Below are positions 11,300 through 23,900 of a stretch of DNA of 37,678 nucleotides, piece by piece. How positions within the stretch are numbered: position 1 is the stretch's first letter; each line of letters begins with the position of its first letter. The translations under genes were made by a program, and so were the position numbers. Under the pieces are notes generated by a model, which was not told the DNA's origin, searched no databases, and was given only the letters and a program-made list of their open reading frames with translations. Source of the stretch: Streblomastix strix (lineage: Eukaryota); the NCBI GenBank assembly GCA_008636045.1, contig SNRW01000036.1, positions 1 through 37,678 of the forward strand. The letters run 5' to 3'.

Positions 11300-14200
11300 A
11301 TGGAAGATTCTGTGATAAAGCGATATATATCCAAATAAAACTTCGCATAAAATGATTAAATAGATGTCATTGTTCAAGAAGATGTATATTAATATGAATT
11401 TTTTAAAATTAACAAGATTTTTAAATTTATTTTACTTAATTTTTTTTGTTAACGTTAATATTTTAGGTTAAAACTCAAATATTAGTTCACACAGGACGAC
11501 TTTTGATGAGAGAAATATCAGACGATGAGAAATCTCTCTCATTAGAAAATCTTATAATTTTATCAATTACTCGTATGCTCATTACATCTTACTTTGCATC
11601 ATTTTGATTTATTTTACTTAAATTCATTTCATTTCATCAAATAAATTATGCTCATTTATTTATTTATAGATGGATGGGATGTTTGGTAAGAGATAGTCTG
11701 TGAGAGTGGAATAATAGAAATATTAACTGAACTTTTGCTGTAAACTAAGAATCTTAGAATCCGCGTATGAAACTTCTTGTTCTATTTATTATCAATAAAC
11801 ATATTACATATTTGTCTGATAGACGTTATGTGGAGCTGTGATTGAAACTATTCAACAACGTGAGACTGAGATTAATGAAGTAGTCGATTGGTAGACTTTA
11901 CTATCACCATTAATATCATTACTTTTTGTGTGTTTCGTTATTATTTTCTGTTCATTTATTATTATTTTCTGTTCATTTATTATTAATTTCGGTTTATTTA
12001 TTATTATTTTCTTTTCATTTATTATTATTTTCTATTCTGTTTGAATAGAATCGAGATGAGTTGGTTTCCGAATCTGGAAAACAATCATTAATAATGTCAA
12101 TTGAAATGCGACCTGAATCTTTTATAGGCCTTATCAATCTCAGTATATTTGATAAGGCTTCAGAAGTATTAGATACATATACATAATCATAATCGTCATA
12201 ATCATCTCAAGTAATACCAGAAATACCAATTACTATTCTTATTAAAGTACTTGAAGTTATTGAGAAAGGAGTTCATCTTATATTTGACTATGGTAAGAAA
12301 ACATATAATTTCAAAATAGCCTCATAGAAAGTTATTTACACAAATTCTGAAGAAAGAATCAAAGACCTTTTGAGTTCTATTCTTTTTATATTATAAGAGT
12401 AAGAAGAAGCAGATGAATTTGAAGGGACATTAAAAGAGAAAGGTTAACGTATTGAAATTCAATAAATTCGATAACGATTGAGTATTGTTGAAGAAAAAGC
12501 TCGTGTTGCTGAAGATCGTATCAAATAAGCAGAAGATAAATTGAAAATAGAATAATAATGAAATAAGGAAATTGAAGAATAATTATAATAAGAGTAAAAT
12601 TTAAGGAAAATAGCTGAAGAAAGAGCATTTTTAGCAGAAAGCAAGTTGAAAACAAGAGATTCAATTAATTATTAAAAATATAAAGAAGAACTTGATTACA
12701 AATTAAATATTGATTATAATAAATCACCAACAAATCTTCATTCACCTCAATATATTCATTCTCCATTTAGTACTCCTCCTCCAAATATCAATAATTCCAC
12801 ATCTTATATTCCTTCCTCATCAAATAATACATCACCATTACATATTCACTCATCATCTGGTTCATATTCACCAATTAATGTTCATTTCACATCATCAAAG
12901 GAATAGTTTGACATTAGCACACCTTAATAAGGTATTCAATCTTAATAAATATCTTCTTCAGGACGTGCAATTCAATTTCATAAGAATCTGACCTTGGTTC
13001 CAAGAAGTTAAATTCCTATTCGATCACCAATTTAAGATATTTATCAATTTTCTAATCAATCTCCCAATAAAAATATGCATTAATTACCCGTTTCTCAGAA
13101 TAATAATATTAAACAGTAATAACAAAATAAATCAACTTCAACATTTTATTCATCATTATAACCTCAATCACAATCAAATACCAAATCAAATAATAAAATT
13201 CAAACAAATAAATCTGCTTTTCTATCAAATTCAAATTCATCTCAATATATTTCTCCTGAAGTAGCAATGCTTAGTTCAACATCGGGTATATTATACTATT
13301 AATCATTTTATGATATTTTATAAAAATTTAAATCAAATTTTGATAAATAGCATCATTTTCTTTTGTCGTTTTTTTTTCTAATCTATCAATATTTATATCC
13401 TTTTTATAATTCTTAGATGCTAACTATTTTAATCCAATTACACCAAAGATGATTCTTCCAAACGGAGAAATTAAAAGTACCATTAAAGGAAACTCATTCA
13501 TTCATACAAATGAAGAAGACAGTTTTTGCACAGTTTTGATTGATCCAATTCTCACTGAGGGAGTTGAACTGATTGAATTTATATTTCATGGACATGAAGA
13601 TGAGTTGTTTAGTTTGATAAACAATAAATATATGAATTTGAGCTATTATATAAAATTAACATATTTAATACTCTTTTTAATTTATTAAATTGAATATTTT
13701 TATCAGGCGTAGGAATTGCTGAATCTTCAAAGGTTTTTGGACAATATGAAAGTCCTTATGGCCGTATGAATAATTAATTAATTATGAATATAAAATAATT
13801 AAAGTTTTACATTAATTTTTATTATATTAACAATTTTATCTTTATTTTTATTATTTTACATAATTTACTATTACTTTAAATATACTTAATAAACAATTAT
13901 TGAAATTATTTACTTATTTGGATGAACAAATATATCAGTCTGTATGTTTAATACTTAAATATTGTGATAAAAATAAAATAATAATAATTTTTATATGTAT
14001 TCATTATTTTGATTAAAAATATTCATATTCTATTATTATTAAATTAATTTTTTCAATGTTTATTATATAATTTGATATGCTCTTATTGATTTTAAATGAA
14101 TGCAATTTTAGTAAGTATGTTTTTGATAAATTAAATAATTTGTTTTATTGATTTATGATATATGATTTTACAAATTTTTTATTATTTATAATTTCTTTTC

Positions 14201-14942
14201 TACTTTTTATGATACAAACTATGAATTTATTTTTTTATCTGTAATTATATTATTCTTATTTCATTCATAAATAATAACTTCAGATTGTATGATTAAAATA
14301 TTATAATTATTTGATAATCACATATTTTTAATAATTTTTATTTTCAATTATTTACTTATTTTTTTATTATTTGAAAAATCTTAAATTTATTCTTATATAG
14401 GGGGATATAATACAATACGTTATAAAAATACGTATGATCATTAATATCATAATATTATTTACAAATTAATATATAGATTATTATTAAATATATTTATATT
14501 AGTCTTATTTTTTTTCTTCTAATTACATCTCTATCTTTATTCATATTATATCTTTATTAGGGGGGAACTGTCACATATAATAAGGGATAATAAGTTATCT
14601 TATCCAGTTTTGGGCAATTCTCCATTTCATTGTGAATAGAAAGTCTCTATTGAAGTAGACATGAACACAACTCCACGCACACTAACTTTCTTTATTGATG
14701 GCGAAGAGCAAAAGAATTCAGTAATTAGTATTCCTAAGTCCATAAGATTTTTCGTTTGTTTTCTGATACAATTTTAATATTATTTTAAAATGTAATCATT
14801 ACTTCTTCTTTTTATTTAGGCTTGCATATTAAAGTAAGGATCATCATTTGAAATCTCAAAGTTCCAGAGACTCACATATTCAAAAGCTTCTGGAGTCAAA
14901 TAATCTTTAGCGTGGATTTGGGGAGAAATGTGGAAATAATGA
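11300..14942 (+). CDS. ARM-like N-terminus + coiled coil + S/P/N-rich linker + C-terminal SPRY/B30.2-like domain, ~740 codons, 9 introns, one internal in-frame TGA
   Basis: ATG 11300; exons join in phase; C-terminal domain CTVLIDPILTEGV...SVGIAESS...VSIEVDMNTTPRTLTFFIDGEEQKNSVISIPKSIRFF...WIWGEMWKQ-TGA (14940-14942). Internal TGA at 12559-12561. Confidence 0.75.
11938..12033. repeat. 21-nt intronic minisatellite (TTATTATTTTCTGTTCATTTA, ~4.5 copies)
   Basis: Direct tandem units with few substitutions, filling most of intron 4 of the SPRY-like gene. Confidence 0.85.
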
Positions 14943-15215
14943 AGTTAAATCATTCTTAGCAACAATAGAATATCATCATCAACAACTGAACAAATATTTA
15001 TATTTACTTTGATTTTAAAAATTTAAATTTTTATTACAACAATTTAATAAAAGAATTTGAAATAAATCAATTTATCTTTGTATAAAGATATTTTATTTAT
15101 TTTTAAAAAAAACTTGATCAATTAGTATATTTAAGATGAAATGAACAAAAATAATCATTTCTACATTAAACACTTTATGTAATAAAAAGATGAGTGCTAA
15201 TAAATACTATACTCT

Positions 15216-16199
15216 TCATTTCTTCTTGCATATGTAGATGTAATGTATCTCTTCTTCATTTTGAGCTGTTGGAACTGCGTGTATTTATTTAGCCTTTTAT
15301 TGCGATTTCTTTGGTGGAGCTTCAGTTACAGGACTCACAGTAACAGTCCAGTTGCTATAAATGCAGTAATTGATATAGTATATAAGTATATAAGTATATA
15401 TAATATATATAATTGTTATTATAAATAAATTAATTACAAACTATTCTGGTTACTACAAATATGCCATTCTATTCTCCTATATTCCATATGAGACCTCAAA
15501 GAAGACTCCATTGGCTTTGAGAACTCTAAATAAAAGATATTAAAATGAATGAATAATATATTATTAATATATTATTAATATATTATTAATATATTATTAA
15601 TATATTATTTATAATATCATACTTGCTAATTCCTGCAAGCATCTTCATTATATTTGGATATGCATCTTCCCCGCAGAGAATAGAATCCATTGTTCCTTTG
15701 TCAATGACTGCATCATAGATACCTTCACCATATCTACTCAGCTCCAACACATCTCCAACTTCAACTAATGTTAAGTTCAATATAAAAATAATAATATAGT
15801 AATAAGTATCACGTACATTTAAGCTCTTGTTTATCCTCTGCGCGCTTCTTAACGAGATCAATGGCTACTGGTGATATGTCTATGCTTGTTATATTCCTAT
15901 ACCCGTCATCATACATATCCTCTTACAATCCTGTAAATAAAGAAAAAGAAATATTAATTTAAATAAGGAAATATTTTTTATCAAACTTGAAGTTCCAACT
16001 CCAACTTGCAGAATATTGCTACTCTTTTTAATGTTTTAAATAATAGGTTTTTTGAGTGCGCTATATCGTTGGAACCACTCAAATGATTGCTGGTCACGTG
16101 TGTAGCGCTCATTCCTAAAGATTGTAAAAAAAAATTAATATAAAAATGTAAAAAACACTATACACACCAATAATCAGCTTTGCCGTATTATAAAGTCAT
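15216..16199 (-). CDS. Class I SAM-dependent methyltransferase, EEF1AKMT4/METTL13-N-like, copy 2 (6 exons)
   Basis: MTLQYGKADYW/NERYTRDQQSFEWFQRY...ILQVGVGTS...YDAVIDKGTMDSILCG...VLKANGVFFEVSYG...HYIYICKKK-TGA; same five intron positions as copy 1. Confidence 0.92.
15554..15608. repeat. 11-nt tandem repeat (TAATATATTAT x5) in intron 4 of methyltransferase copy 2
   Basis: Five perfect units read directly; absent from the equivalent intron of copy 1. Confidence 0.85.
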
Positions 16200-16651
16200 T
16201 GAAAAAACACTAATTCAGTTTGAAATATACAGTAATAATTGAAATAGTAAAAAATATAATGATTATATTGAAAAAACAAAAGATTAAAAAATGCGTCAAA
16301 AAGATAATTTTTTCGAGTAAATAATGAGTTTTATAATCAATATTGATTTTAATAATGTGTCTAAAAATGATATTTTCAAAATATTCAACTGTATAATATG
16401 AAATTTTCTTGGTGTGACAATTAAAAAACAGAAAATAATGTTAAAGAGCAATTCCTCGTTTTAAATTGGAACTATCTAAGATAAAATAGTTTAAAACGAG
16501 CAGCACAATAAAATGTTTCCAGCACTATTAATACAAAAATAAAATAAAATCACTGTACATGCCAAAAAAATTCTTTTTATAATTTATTTATATCCAATAA
16601 TTTTCATGCGTGTGGCCTGCTTGATAAAAATAAATAAATATTGAATAAATT

Positions 16652-18892
16652 TCATGTGTGAGGTACGTTTGATAAATGCAAGGAAACATTCAGTGTCGCA
16701 TTTTTGGCATTGATTGCATTCTCTTTCACAAACCCATGAGATGTTTGCCCACAACTTGTTAGATGTCCTTCAATCTCTTCTAATCCTTCTTCCTCCAGAA
16801 GCTCAAGAGATTATTTAAGTTCCTGTGGAAGTCGCTATAGAGGAGGAGGCGCATTATGACGTATGTCTAATTCTCTTCCCAAATAAAGCTCCTTGTAGAA
16901 TACACTGATATTAACCAAAGTTTTGTTGATCTCATTTGTATTACCTTCTTCTCCATATTCACTACTTGCAACACTTACACCCAACACACTACCATAACCA
17001 GAGTGTGAAAGCTATATTTATATTTCATCATCATTCTTCTCGTGAATGAGCTGTAGAATCCATCTACTGTAATATCTGATTTCTTTTGCTTCCTTATCTT
17101 AATTCTCATCATATTTCTAATAAAGTTTGTATTTACTTAATTTGACCAGAGAAGAAAATAGATTTGGAGCTGTTGCAACAGTTCTATAGTTTATGCTGCT
17201 TAATAATACAATTCGATAAAGAATTTCTACTGATGATAATACTGTGCTTTATGTACATGAGAGTGGTTGTTATTCTCCTTACTCTTACTGTTATTGTTAT
17301 GAGATTGAATTTGAAGATGCAAATTGGACAATGAAATATGTAAGATGTGGGAATATTGAATGCTGGTCAATGAGATAATTTTGAATTTGGCGATCAAACT
17401 ATGAAACATATCTAAGCACTTCATAAGAAGATGCTTGCAATTGAAGTAATTGAGCTTCTTATGTGTTAATACTTAATAAGCATTATGGTTCAATCCTACA
17501 GTTGATGTGCATCAAAGGAGATACTTTTTCATGAATCTATAAATATTCAGTGAGGCATTTCATATTGAATCCATTATATTATGAAGTTTCACTTAAAGTA
17601 TTAAGTGTTTTTGTCAATGATTCAATCTTTTTATTCATTTCCTTATCATCTTCAACTGTGTTATTGTTCTTTATCAATTCAATAAGAGAGGATATATTCT
17701 TGGATATAACTGTTGTGCATATTTTCAGATTGTCTATATTAATGTACTATTCATACATTATAATCAGATATATCCTTAATAATTATTCAGTAATTAATGA
17801 GAACGATTGATCTTCTTTTTCTTCAAGAACCATTCTTTGTTTCAATAGATCAAGAATCTTACTGATCAATCCCGATTTCTTTATATCATTGAAAAGAAGA
17901 GATTATGAATTGTCTCCAGTTGATAAATATACAGAAGGAATTCTAGAAACACGATAGCAAACAAGCTCCAAGACTCTCAACAAACATATTTAAGATGTTT
18001 AAGATAAATCTGTCAACTGCTATTGTATGATTGAAAATGTTTCATTATTAAATATCATAAGCAACTTATATTCATTCACATTACAATACTGATCATACAA
18101 TTGATTAAGTTATTGAGTCTTTTCTTCTTCATTTAATGTATCTGATGTAAATATATCTTCAATATTATGGGCATCATTATCTGAATATATGTTATTATAT
18201 ATATTTATATATAATTTAATAATAAAATATTATTAACTTTGACAGTAATATTAAAATTAAAAATTAACAATAACAAACATTCTTCTTCTTCTTCCTCATG
18301 AATGAAACAATTCTTCATAATTTAAATCTTTAATTATTATTTATCCATTACAGTTCCATTCAAATATTTGCTTGCATTATAAGCTTTATTGATATCCTTC
18401 ATTGTAATAAACGCAAATCCTCGTTTTTGTCCTTAATTTGAGGGAATATATATAGAAAGCACAGAATCATCTTAAAATAATTTCTTCAGTTGTTCTTCTG
18501 TTGTGAATAGATTTAAGTTATATACAATTAATTGAATTGGATCAGGTTATACTGGTATTACACTTATAATTGGAGAAATATTCTGCATTTTTGCACTGCT
18601 TAATTTCTACAACTCAGATGCAAGTGCCTCTACTGCAGCTTTTGCGATACTTGGTTTGAATTCTCCCTCAAGACAAGTAACTAAAAAATCTTTATCAGAA
18701 TCCTCTTTAATTAGTAGCATCATCATTTTCTACAGAGCAATTATAAAAAATTTCACAAAAAAGCTGAATGCAAACTACAACTTGACTGTCAATTTAAGCT
18801 GAAACACCAATTTCTTGCAAACAATTCATCACCAATTCACTAAGCTACTTGTCGTCGACTGCGTTCTTCTGTAATTTGGCAGAACTCAGCAT
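16652..18892 (-). CDS. RRM-containing protein: N-terminal helical (PWI-like) region + RRM + ARM-like C-terminal region, 3 exons
   Basis: RNP2 LIVYNL and RNP1 RGFAFITM, followed by LNGTVMDKQQLKI; long open last exon ending EEEGLEEIEGHL...LSNVPHT-TGA (16652-16654); ATG 18892. Confidence 0.8.
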
Positions 18893-19308
18893 TTCTACGA
18901 AAAATATGAAAAAATCATTGATATTAAATAGAATAATAATAATGCTATAGTAAAATAGTATTTTTATATATTTTATTGAAAAAAGAAAATCATTTCAATA
19001 TAATAATCGGCGTTATGCCAGAAAAACGAGTGCAATTTGATTTATCGTTTTTTCAAACTTCCAAAATAGGATTGATAAAATAAAATGAATATTTTAAATT
19101 AAATTTGTGGAGTTTATAAAAATTCTTGTAAGTGGCAAAATTATTAAGTAACTAACGAGAATATGATGGGATATATTTAACTTTGCTTCTCAAGTCGAAA
19201 AAGTTTTATAGAGATAAAATTCATTTTTATATAACATAATTTGTTTCGAATTTATACTTGTTTTATTGATACTATCAAGTTATATCTTAGTGCAGGTGAT
19301 GTGTTATT

Positions 19309-19929
19309 TCACTCATTCTTCTGTACAGAACTTGCTTCAACTACCTCCTTCTTACTTACTTAACCCGAAGCTTTCTACATCAAGTTCTTGAACTTCAACA
19401 ATATCCCTTCGCTGTATGGACGATCAATTTCCCTCTTGAACAGGTATATCTGCACTAATGGATTGAAGACGAATTGTATTGGACTCAATAGGATTTAAAC
19501 AATAACTTGTTGGATAGAGTGCATAATAAAGAAGAAGAACGCTGTGAGGACGCTCGATACTAACATTCCCTTAAGAGAACCGAAGACTTCAGATGTATCA
19601 TATTCAGGAATGGACTAAAGAGAAGTGGTTTCAACACTTAAATATTAAATAATAATAATTATGAATAAATAAGAATGTTCAAACGGATTTCCATTAAGTG
19701 CATCCTGCCACTTTATTTCAATAACCTTTACTGTCTTCTCATCACTATATTGTCTCTTCTTGATCAAGTTATTGATGAATAAGTACAGTCCCAATATTAT
19801 CAGCTAAATTCCTATATTAATTTCAAGGAGTAACCATTGCTTGGAAGATGAATCCCAATCAAAGTATGGAACAATGAGAAACTTCACAAAAAGCGTCAAC
19901 ACAACTCTGACAAGTAGAACATTCACCAT
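19309..19929 (-). CDS. PHO88: Pho88/Snd3 family ER membrane protein (SND targeting pathway), 2 exons
   Basis: Hydrophobic N-terminal segments, then ...SIPEYDTSEVFGSLKGMLVSSVLTAFFFFIMHSIQQVIVQILLSPIQFVFNPLVQIYLFKREIDRPY..., resembling the EYD / Q...P / xxxLF...RPF pattern of Pho88; ~185 aa; TGA at 19309-19311. Confidence 0.75.
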
Positions 19930-20929
19930 TCTGTATCAAATAAAATAAATTAAGCTAAACTAAATTTGGAAAGATATCAAATGAACTATATGAAGTTTAA
20001 ATATATGTATGTAACTGTTTGAGTTTATATTAATAACAAATAGCTATTTGTTGGATATATATTAAAATTGTTCAATAATCTACTTCTTGCAAAAAATTAA
20101 GTTTTAATGATAATTTTTTGTAAACTGTATTAAGAGCTGGAATTGATTTAGATATTGATATTAAACGAAAATATATGTATAAAATGCTAAATTAATGCAA
20201 GTAATAATTGTATGGCTCGAAATTGATTTTGTTACTGTTTAAGCTCGGGCAAATTGAGAAAAATGTGTCCTGTGCTTAGATATTGAAACAAATATTAATA
20301 TGTATGATAAAATTTATAATTTGAGTAATGTTTGCATTCAACAAATTATAAATAAAATCTTATTTAAGTCAGAACATTTGATTATTTCACTTCTAATTAT
20401 AAAACACATTTCTTTCAATATAAATCACATTGTTATTCATAAATTGGTGATTTATTAGTGGAACTTTGCTAATAAAAAATTATAGACATACTATTGTATT
20501 ATAAAGATTTCAAAAATTCTAAAGTAAAATTATCTAGGCAAGAATTACAGCACTTCAAGACAGAAATTGAAGAATTCTATATATCTCAAATAATCATATT
20601 ATTAAACTTAATTAACTTTTATAACTCAATCAATGAAATTACACCAATGAAATGAATTAACTGAGTGATTTTTTTTAAAAATTTTTATTTTGAAATTTAT
20701 CATTCATTTTGTTTACCATTCTTACAATAAACAATATATTTATATGTAAATTGTACGTTCTTATATTTTATTTCAAATAAATCAACATTTTTTTAATAAT
20801 TTAATAAGTTATTTTTTTTTATTTTGTTTTACAATTTTCTCTATATTTAAACATTATTTTTATTATTTATTTACTTAATTTATATAATATTTTAATATTT
20901 AGAAATAAAAAACAGTAAAAAATATAAAA

Positions 20930-23900
20930 ATGAAAACAGACTCTGCAAATAGTGACCTTCTTCTTTCAGATTTAGTAGAAATTTACCAACTTGAGGATAT
21001 TCGTCAGTTCTTTATAACATAATCTCGTTCTGCTGATATGTTTATAACAGAAGATTAGTTTGTGGAGTGTTTTACAAATATTTTGAAGAAACGATGTCCT
21101 GGAGAGTCTTTTCTGAGAGCTAATTTTAGATAAATAGATGCAGATTGTACGTAATAGAGTATATATCTCATTATTTATATTATTTATATTTATTTGTTTC
21201 TTAGTGTCTTGGTCAGACTTTAACTCCTTCTTCATTAAACAATTCAATTTACTCACATCCGGTGATGATGTTGAAGTCTGATTCAAATATTAATTCATAT
21301 AATTAATTTGTATTTATTTTCATATTAATATTTTAAAGGGAACAATTTATGATGCTGTTGATGAACTTGGCGTTGGAAAATACTAATAAATTTCAGAACC
21401 GTTTCATCGAGATTTTATTTCTTCATTTGACTTCTTTCCTAGACTTAGAATATATTTATCTGGAAGGTTATTATATTTCTATATATTATTCACTTATTAA
21501 CCTTTATTTACTTTTATTTTTATTAAACCTAATATAGTCTTGATTCTTTAGTAAAAGGATGGTCAATAGAATTGAATGGTCATTGCATGAAGACAATTGA
21601 CCACAGTTAAAGCACTAAAACACTCTTAAGTGAAAAAGCAGTTGATTATTTATCCAAATTAAGAGAAGCTGATGTTGATACATATAAATAACAAGTTAGA
21701 GTTCAATTGGATAAATAAAAAAGAAATGAATTGGAGAAAGAATTAAAGAAAGCTGCTGGAATTGATGTTGATAGTATTTGAATATGAGGATAAATTATAT
21801 ATTAATATTTATAGTATACATTATTCATTGTAATATTTATTTGTTATACTTATATATCTCATATCAGGTCCATCTTCAATACGTCCAATATCTCCTAATT
21901 CAAAATAAGGAAAAGAAACTCCTCAATCTTCATCAATTACTAATAGAAATAATAGTATGAATAATAACAATGATAATAATGATAATAATCCAAAGACAAT
22001 ATCATCAAGCCCATCTTCATAATAAACATTATCTTCTTCTTCTTCTTCTTCTCCTTCTTCTATGAATATAAATAGTAACTAATAAATAAATAAACCAGTT
22101 ATACCCAAAATAACATTAGGAATTTATAAGACTATTTCTCCGTTCTCTGAATTAAGCAGATAATTATCATAGGATAAATAAGGAGGAATTGGATTCAATA
22201 GAAATAAATACTCATCATCATTATTAGTAGCTGGAAGTAGTGCAATATTGAAGAATAAAGGTAATGCAAATTTAAATATAAATAAAGAGAATTAAACAAC
22301 CAGAACATTAATAAGCAATAATAATTATTAAGAATTAGACCAAACAAATAAAACAATTTCATCTGAATCTGGATCATAGAAAGGATTTAGTACATCAAGA
22401 CCATAATCTGCTTCTATTTAATAATAGAATGTAATATCATCTACTCATTCATCTTCTCATTCATAATAATAATCTTAATCTCGTCCACATTCTGCAATTA
22501 ATATGAAGACTCCAAATTTGGATAACTTTTCTTCTTTACTTCATTTTGACAAACCCATAAATGAATAATCAATAATAAAAGAATAAGCTGATATATCAAG
22601 AGCTCTATTTATGAAAGAGAAATCAATATCATATAATAAATACAAAGATCTTAATATGTACAATGATGCATCAAGAAAGAAATTCTTCCCACCAGGTTAA
22701 TCTGAGAAATAATCATCTGCTAATTTATTTGAGTAGATCAAAGCTAAATAAAAAAGATAGGCAGATCCTCCTTCAGTAGTTAACAATATGAATAATAATA
22801 CAAATATATTTGATACAATAATAAATCAGACTTCATAACCTTAATCAACATCTTCATCATAATCTTCATCAATTGTTACTTCATTCACTGGGAGAAGTGA
22901 TAATGTAAGCTCTTAAAGGAATACAGGTAATGATAATTATAGTAATTTATAGGCATTAAATATGAATATAATTCAATATAAAAATATTAATGAGCAATAA
23001 ATACCTTAATAAGGAAATGGAGTTACATTAAATACATATGTAAATATCATAGAGAAAGCGAATGAATAATAAAATATTAATAATATTAATATGAATGAAG
23101 ATGAAGAATAGAAGAGTAATTTGAATAGTAATTCTAATAGTAACAGTAATTCAGTGAGAAATTCTAAGAACTCACAAAGCCAATCAACATTGTAATTATA
23201 CCAGAAATAGAATCAATCTATTAATTCTCCATCTTCTGCATCATATCAATCATAATAATATTCTTTATTATCTCCATCTTCGCCTTCATAATCATAAAGA
23301 TTATAAAAATAGTAACAACAATTATTGAATAGTTAATTGAATAATATTTCAATCATAGCTGTTGCAGCTACTGCATAGACTATTAATAATATTCCAGCTT
23401 AATAGTTGAATTAAGCTTCATAAGGGAAACAACAATTTCTTGCAGCCAGAATAATGAATAAAACATTGGCTTTCTAAGCAGAAATAGATTATAAATAGAA
23501 ATTGATTCAAATTGAATAAGATCGATAAGAATAAGAAAGGCAGAAATTAATAGAAGAAGAGAAAGAGAAAGAGAGATAAAATGAATAATTAATGTTAATA
23601 GAAAAGAAGAAGCAGTTGATGATTTCCAGAGCTGCAGCAGCGGCTGGAAATGAATATTTGAGTTCATATCGATAAATTAATTCATCATCATCTTAATCTC
23701 AATAATAACTGAGCAAAATTAATTAAAATTCATAAATTAATTCATCAAAGAGTACATTAAATAAAGGAAACAAGAATAATTAATTAAGTAAATAAAATAT
23801 TAATTTGAATAGCAACAGTACCAAATAATTAAGTGTAATATAATAACCAACCATAAGTATAAATCAATTTACATCTCCAAGATCTTTATTCACTCCGCGT

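Noticed and set aside
11938..12033. Regularly spaced repeats as a CRISPR-like array
   Set aside because: Head-to-tail units without unique spacers, inside a spliceosomal intron: an ordinary minisatellite.
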